Part shown: positions 62,899 through 64,000 of the stretch, piece by piece
Numbering within the stretch: the stretch's first letter is position 1
Layout of the letters: every line of letters begins with the position of its first letter
NCBI GenBank assembly: GCA_900542145.1
Contig: UQMF01000002.1
Location: 136,847-200,846 of the forward strand
Source: an uncultured Oscillospiraceae bacterium
GTDB taxonomy: Bacteria; Bacillota; Clostridia; Oscillospirales; Ruminococcaceae
Direction of reading: 5' to 3'
Length of the DNA: 64,000 nucleotides
Made by a program: the position numbers and the translations under genes
The notes under the pieces: model-generated
The model's input: the letters and a program-made list of their open reading frames with translations, nothing else
Database searches by the model: none
Told to the model about the DNA's origin: nothing

Positions 62899-64000
62899 TG
62901 TATTCCTCCGATATAGTTCTGATAAGCTCCCCGGCGGACGGCGTTTTTACCAGTATCCCGTACTTGTCCGAGAACATCACCGCGCCGATGGGGACAGTGC
63001 TCTTTACCTTCGCGCTGAGGTAGTATTCTGCGCGCCGCCCCAGTATCTCCATCGCCTTTTCACATACTCCGGAATCCCTGAGCAGCGATATCGCCGCGTC
63101 CGCCGTGACGCATTCCGTTATCTTCTTCAGCGTGTCCGGATCCGCACCTGCGAGAAGTCCGCAGGTGACGAGGACTTCCATTCTGCCGTCTGCCTGTGCG
63201 GAGTGAGTGTTCATTATTCCTGCGCCGAGCTTCACCATCTTGCCGATGTGACCGATTATGAGAATGCACTCAAATCCGTATTCCAGCGCTGCGTCTATCG
63301 CCTCTCCGATGAAGTTGCTGCAAGTAACGCAGCGGTCGAGGGCGAAGGGCATATTCCGCTGAATGAAGCTCTGGCTGTAGTTCCCGAGGGCCAGCAGCAG
63401 ACTGCGGCAGCCCTCCTCGCGGCGCATGCGCTCTTCCAGTCGGATCGTGTCCACCAGCGCGGAATTGCTCATCGGCTCGACGATTCCGGTGGTGCCGATT
63501 ATCGAGATACCGCCCTCGATTCCCATGCGCGGGTTGTAGGTTTTAGAAGCCAGCTCGGCGCCCTTCGGCACGGAAATAACAACGTGAAATCCGCCGCGGT
63601 AGTCGTAGTGCTCCGCGATCTCCGCCACCGCCGCCGCTATCATTTTCCTGGGTACGGAGTTTATCGCCGCAGTTCCCGGGGGCTGATCAAGTCCCGGCTT
63701 CGTAACGGTGCCGATTCCCTCGCCGCCGTCGATCGTGATTCCACTGCCGGAAAGCTCCACCCGTGCGCAGACCTCGATACCGTTCGTGATATCCGGGTCA
63801 TCGCCGCTGTCTTTAATTACGGAGCACAGCGCGCTGTTTCCGGAGATCTCGCAGCGCTCCACCGGGATATCCAGCGTGACCCCCTTCGGCGTGGGTAATT
63901 CCACACGTTCCGCCGGAGTCCCGGACAGCAGTGCGATAGCCGCCGCCTTTGAAGCCGCCGCGGCGCAGCTGCCGGTGGTGAATCCGCAGCGGAGTTTCTC
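62891..64000 (-). CDS. cbiD: Cobalt-precorrin-5B (C1)-methyltransferase, 5' end truncated by the window edge
   Basis: The same frame stays open to position 64000 and encodes ...LRCGFTTGSCAAAASKAAAIALLSG, the conserved CbiD N-terminal region. The true start therefore lies beyond the window. Confidence 0.85.
   Translation of the reverse strand, partial: EKLRCGFTTGSCAAAASKAAAIALLSGTPAERVELPTPKGVTLDIPVERCEISGNSALCSVIKDSGDDPDITNGIEVCARVELSGSGITIDGGEGIGTVTKPGLDQPPGTAAINSVPRKMIAAAVAEIAEHYDYRGGFHVVISVPKGAELASKTYNPRMGIEGGISIIGTTGIVEPMSNSALVDTIRLEERMRREEGCRSLLLALGNYSQSFIQRNMPFALDRCVTCSNFIGEAIDAALEYGFECILIIGHIGKMVKLGAGIMNTHSAQADGRMEVLVTCGLLAGADPDTLKKITECVTADAAISLLRDSGVCEKAMEILGRRAEYYLSAKVKSTVPIGAVMFSDKYGILVKTPSAGELIRTISEEYNG

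Noticed and set aside
1-64000. Search for tRNA, rRNA, CRISPR arrays, transposases, integrases, phage genes and toxin-antitoxin pairs
   Set aside because: I saw no cloverleaf-compatible tRNA-like segments, no rRNA-like conserved blocks, no regularly spaced repeats, and no DDE or tyrosine recombinase motifs in any ORF. The window looks like core chromosome rather than a mobile island.

Overview
This 64-kb window reads as a high-GC, Gram-positive, Firmicutes/Clostridia-like chromosome. That call is by eye from GGAGG-type ribosome-binding sites, lipoprotein and (S/P)PXTG sorting signals, and the pst-phoU-phoPR and dgt-dnaG-sigA gene orders. Coding density is high and coordinates are 1-based on the + strand.

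Gene content from left to right:
- 1-2.7 kb: oleate hydratase with an upstream TetR regulator, on the - strand.
- 2.8-6.7 kb: AI-2E/PerM-type permease, a FapA/DUF342 protein and an HD hydrolase.
- 6.7-17.8 kb: a glycan (probably beta-mannan) utilisation cluster. It holds a large GH2 enzyme, two GH26-type hydrolases, a GH5 lipoprotein, an NlpC/P60 peptidase, a DUF11-repeat protein, a lipoprotein and an ECF-transporter S component with a long leader.
- 17.8-24.5 kb: a complete Pho locus on the - strand, in transcription order pstS-pstC-pstA-pstB-phoU, then a response regulator and a histidine kinase.
- 24.7-29 kb: rubrerythrin, a small Ala/Thr/Glu-rich sortase-type surface protein behind a consensus promoter, a stand-alone RsmH-like methyltransferase, a membrane protein and a LacI regulator.
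- 29-35 kb (- strand): dGTPase-like, dnaG, then two tandem full-length sigA/rpoD paralogs; also YigZ and ribosomal protein L31.
- 35-41 kb: phosphohexomutase, a DUF3793-flavodoxin pair and a P-type cation ATPase.
- 41.4-49.2 kb (- strand): the most unusual unit in the window. It is a tightly coupled five-gene operon encoding a SWIM zinc-finger protein, a 607-aa orphan protein, a MoxR-type AAA+ ATPase, a ~750-aa DUF5682-like protein and a VWA/MIDAS protein. Its architecture resembles the uncharacterised enterobacterial yehL/yehM/yehP/yehQ-type modules. It has its own consensus promoter and lies directly downstream of the B12 operon.
- 49.2-64 kb (- strand): a 17-gene anaerobic-type cobalamin biosynthesis and nucleotide-loop operon, in transcription order cbiD (truncated by the window end), cbiF, cbiG, cbiH, cbiJ, cbiET, cbiA, cobT, cobU, cobS, a short second cobU-like gene, cobC, cbiB, cobD, cbiP, cobO and cbiC. 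Many junctions show ATGA or TTGA start/stop overlaps.

I saw no rRNA, tRNA, CRISPR array or obvious transposase. Most of the long antisense ORFs in the six-frame track are high-GC artefacts.
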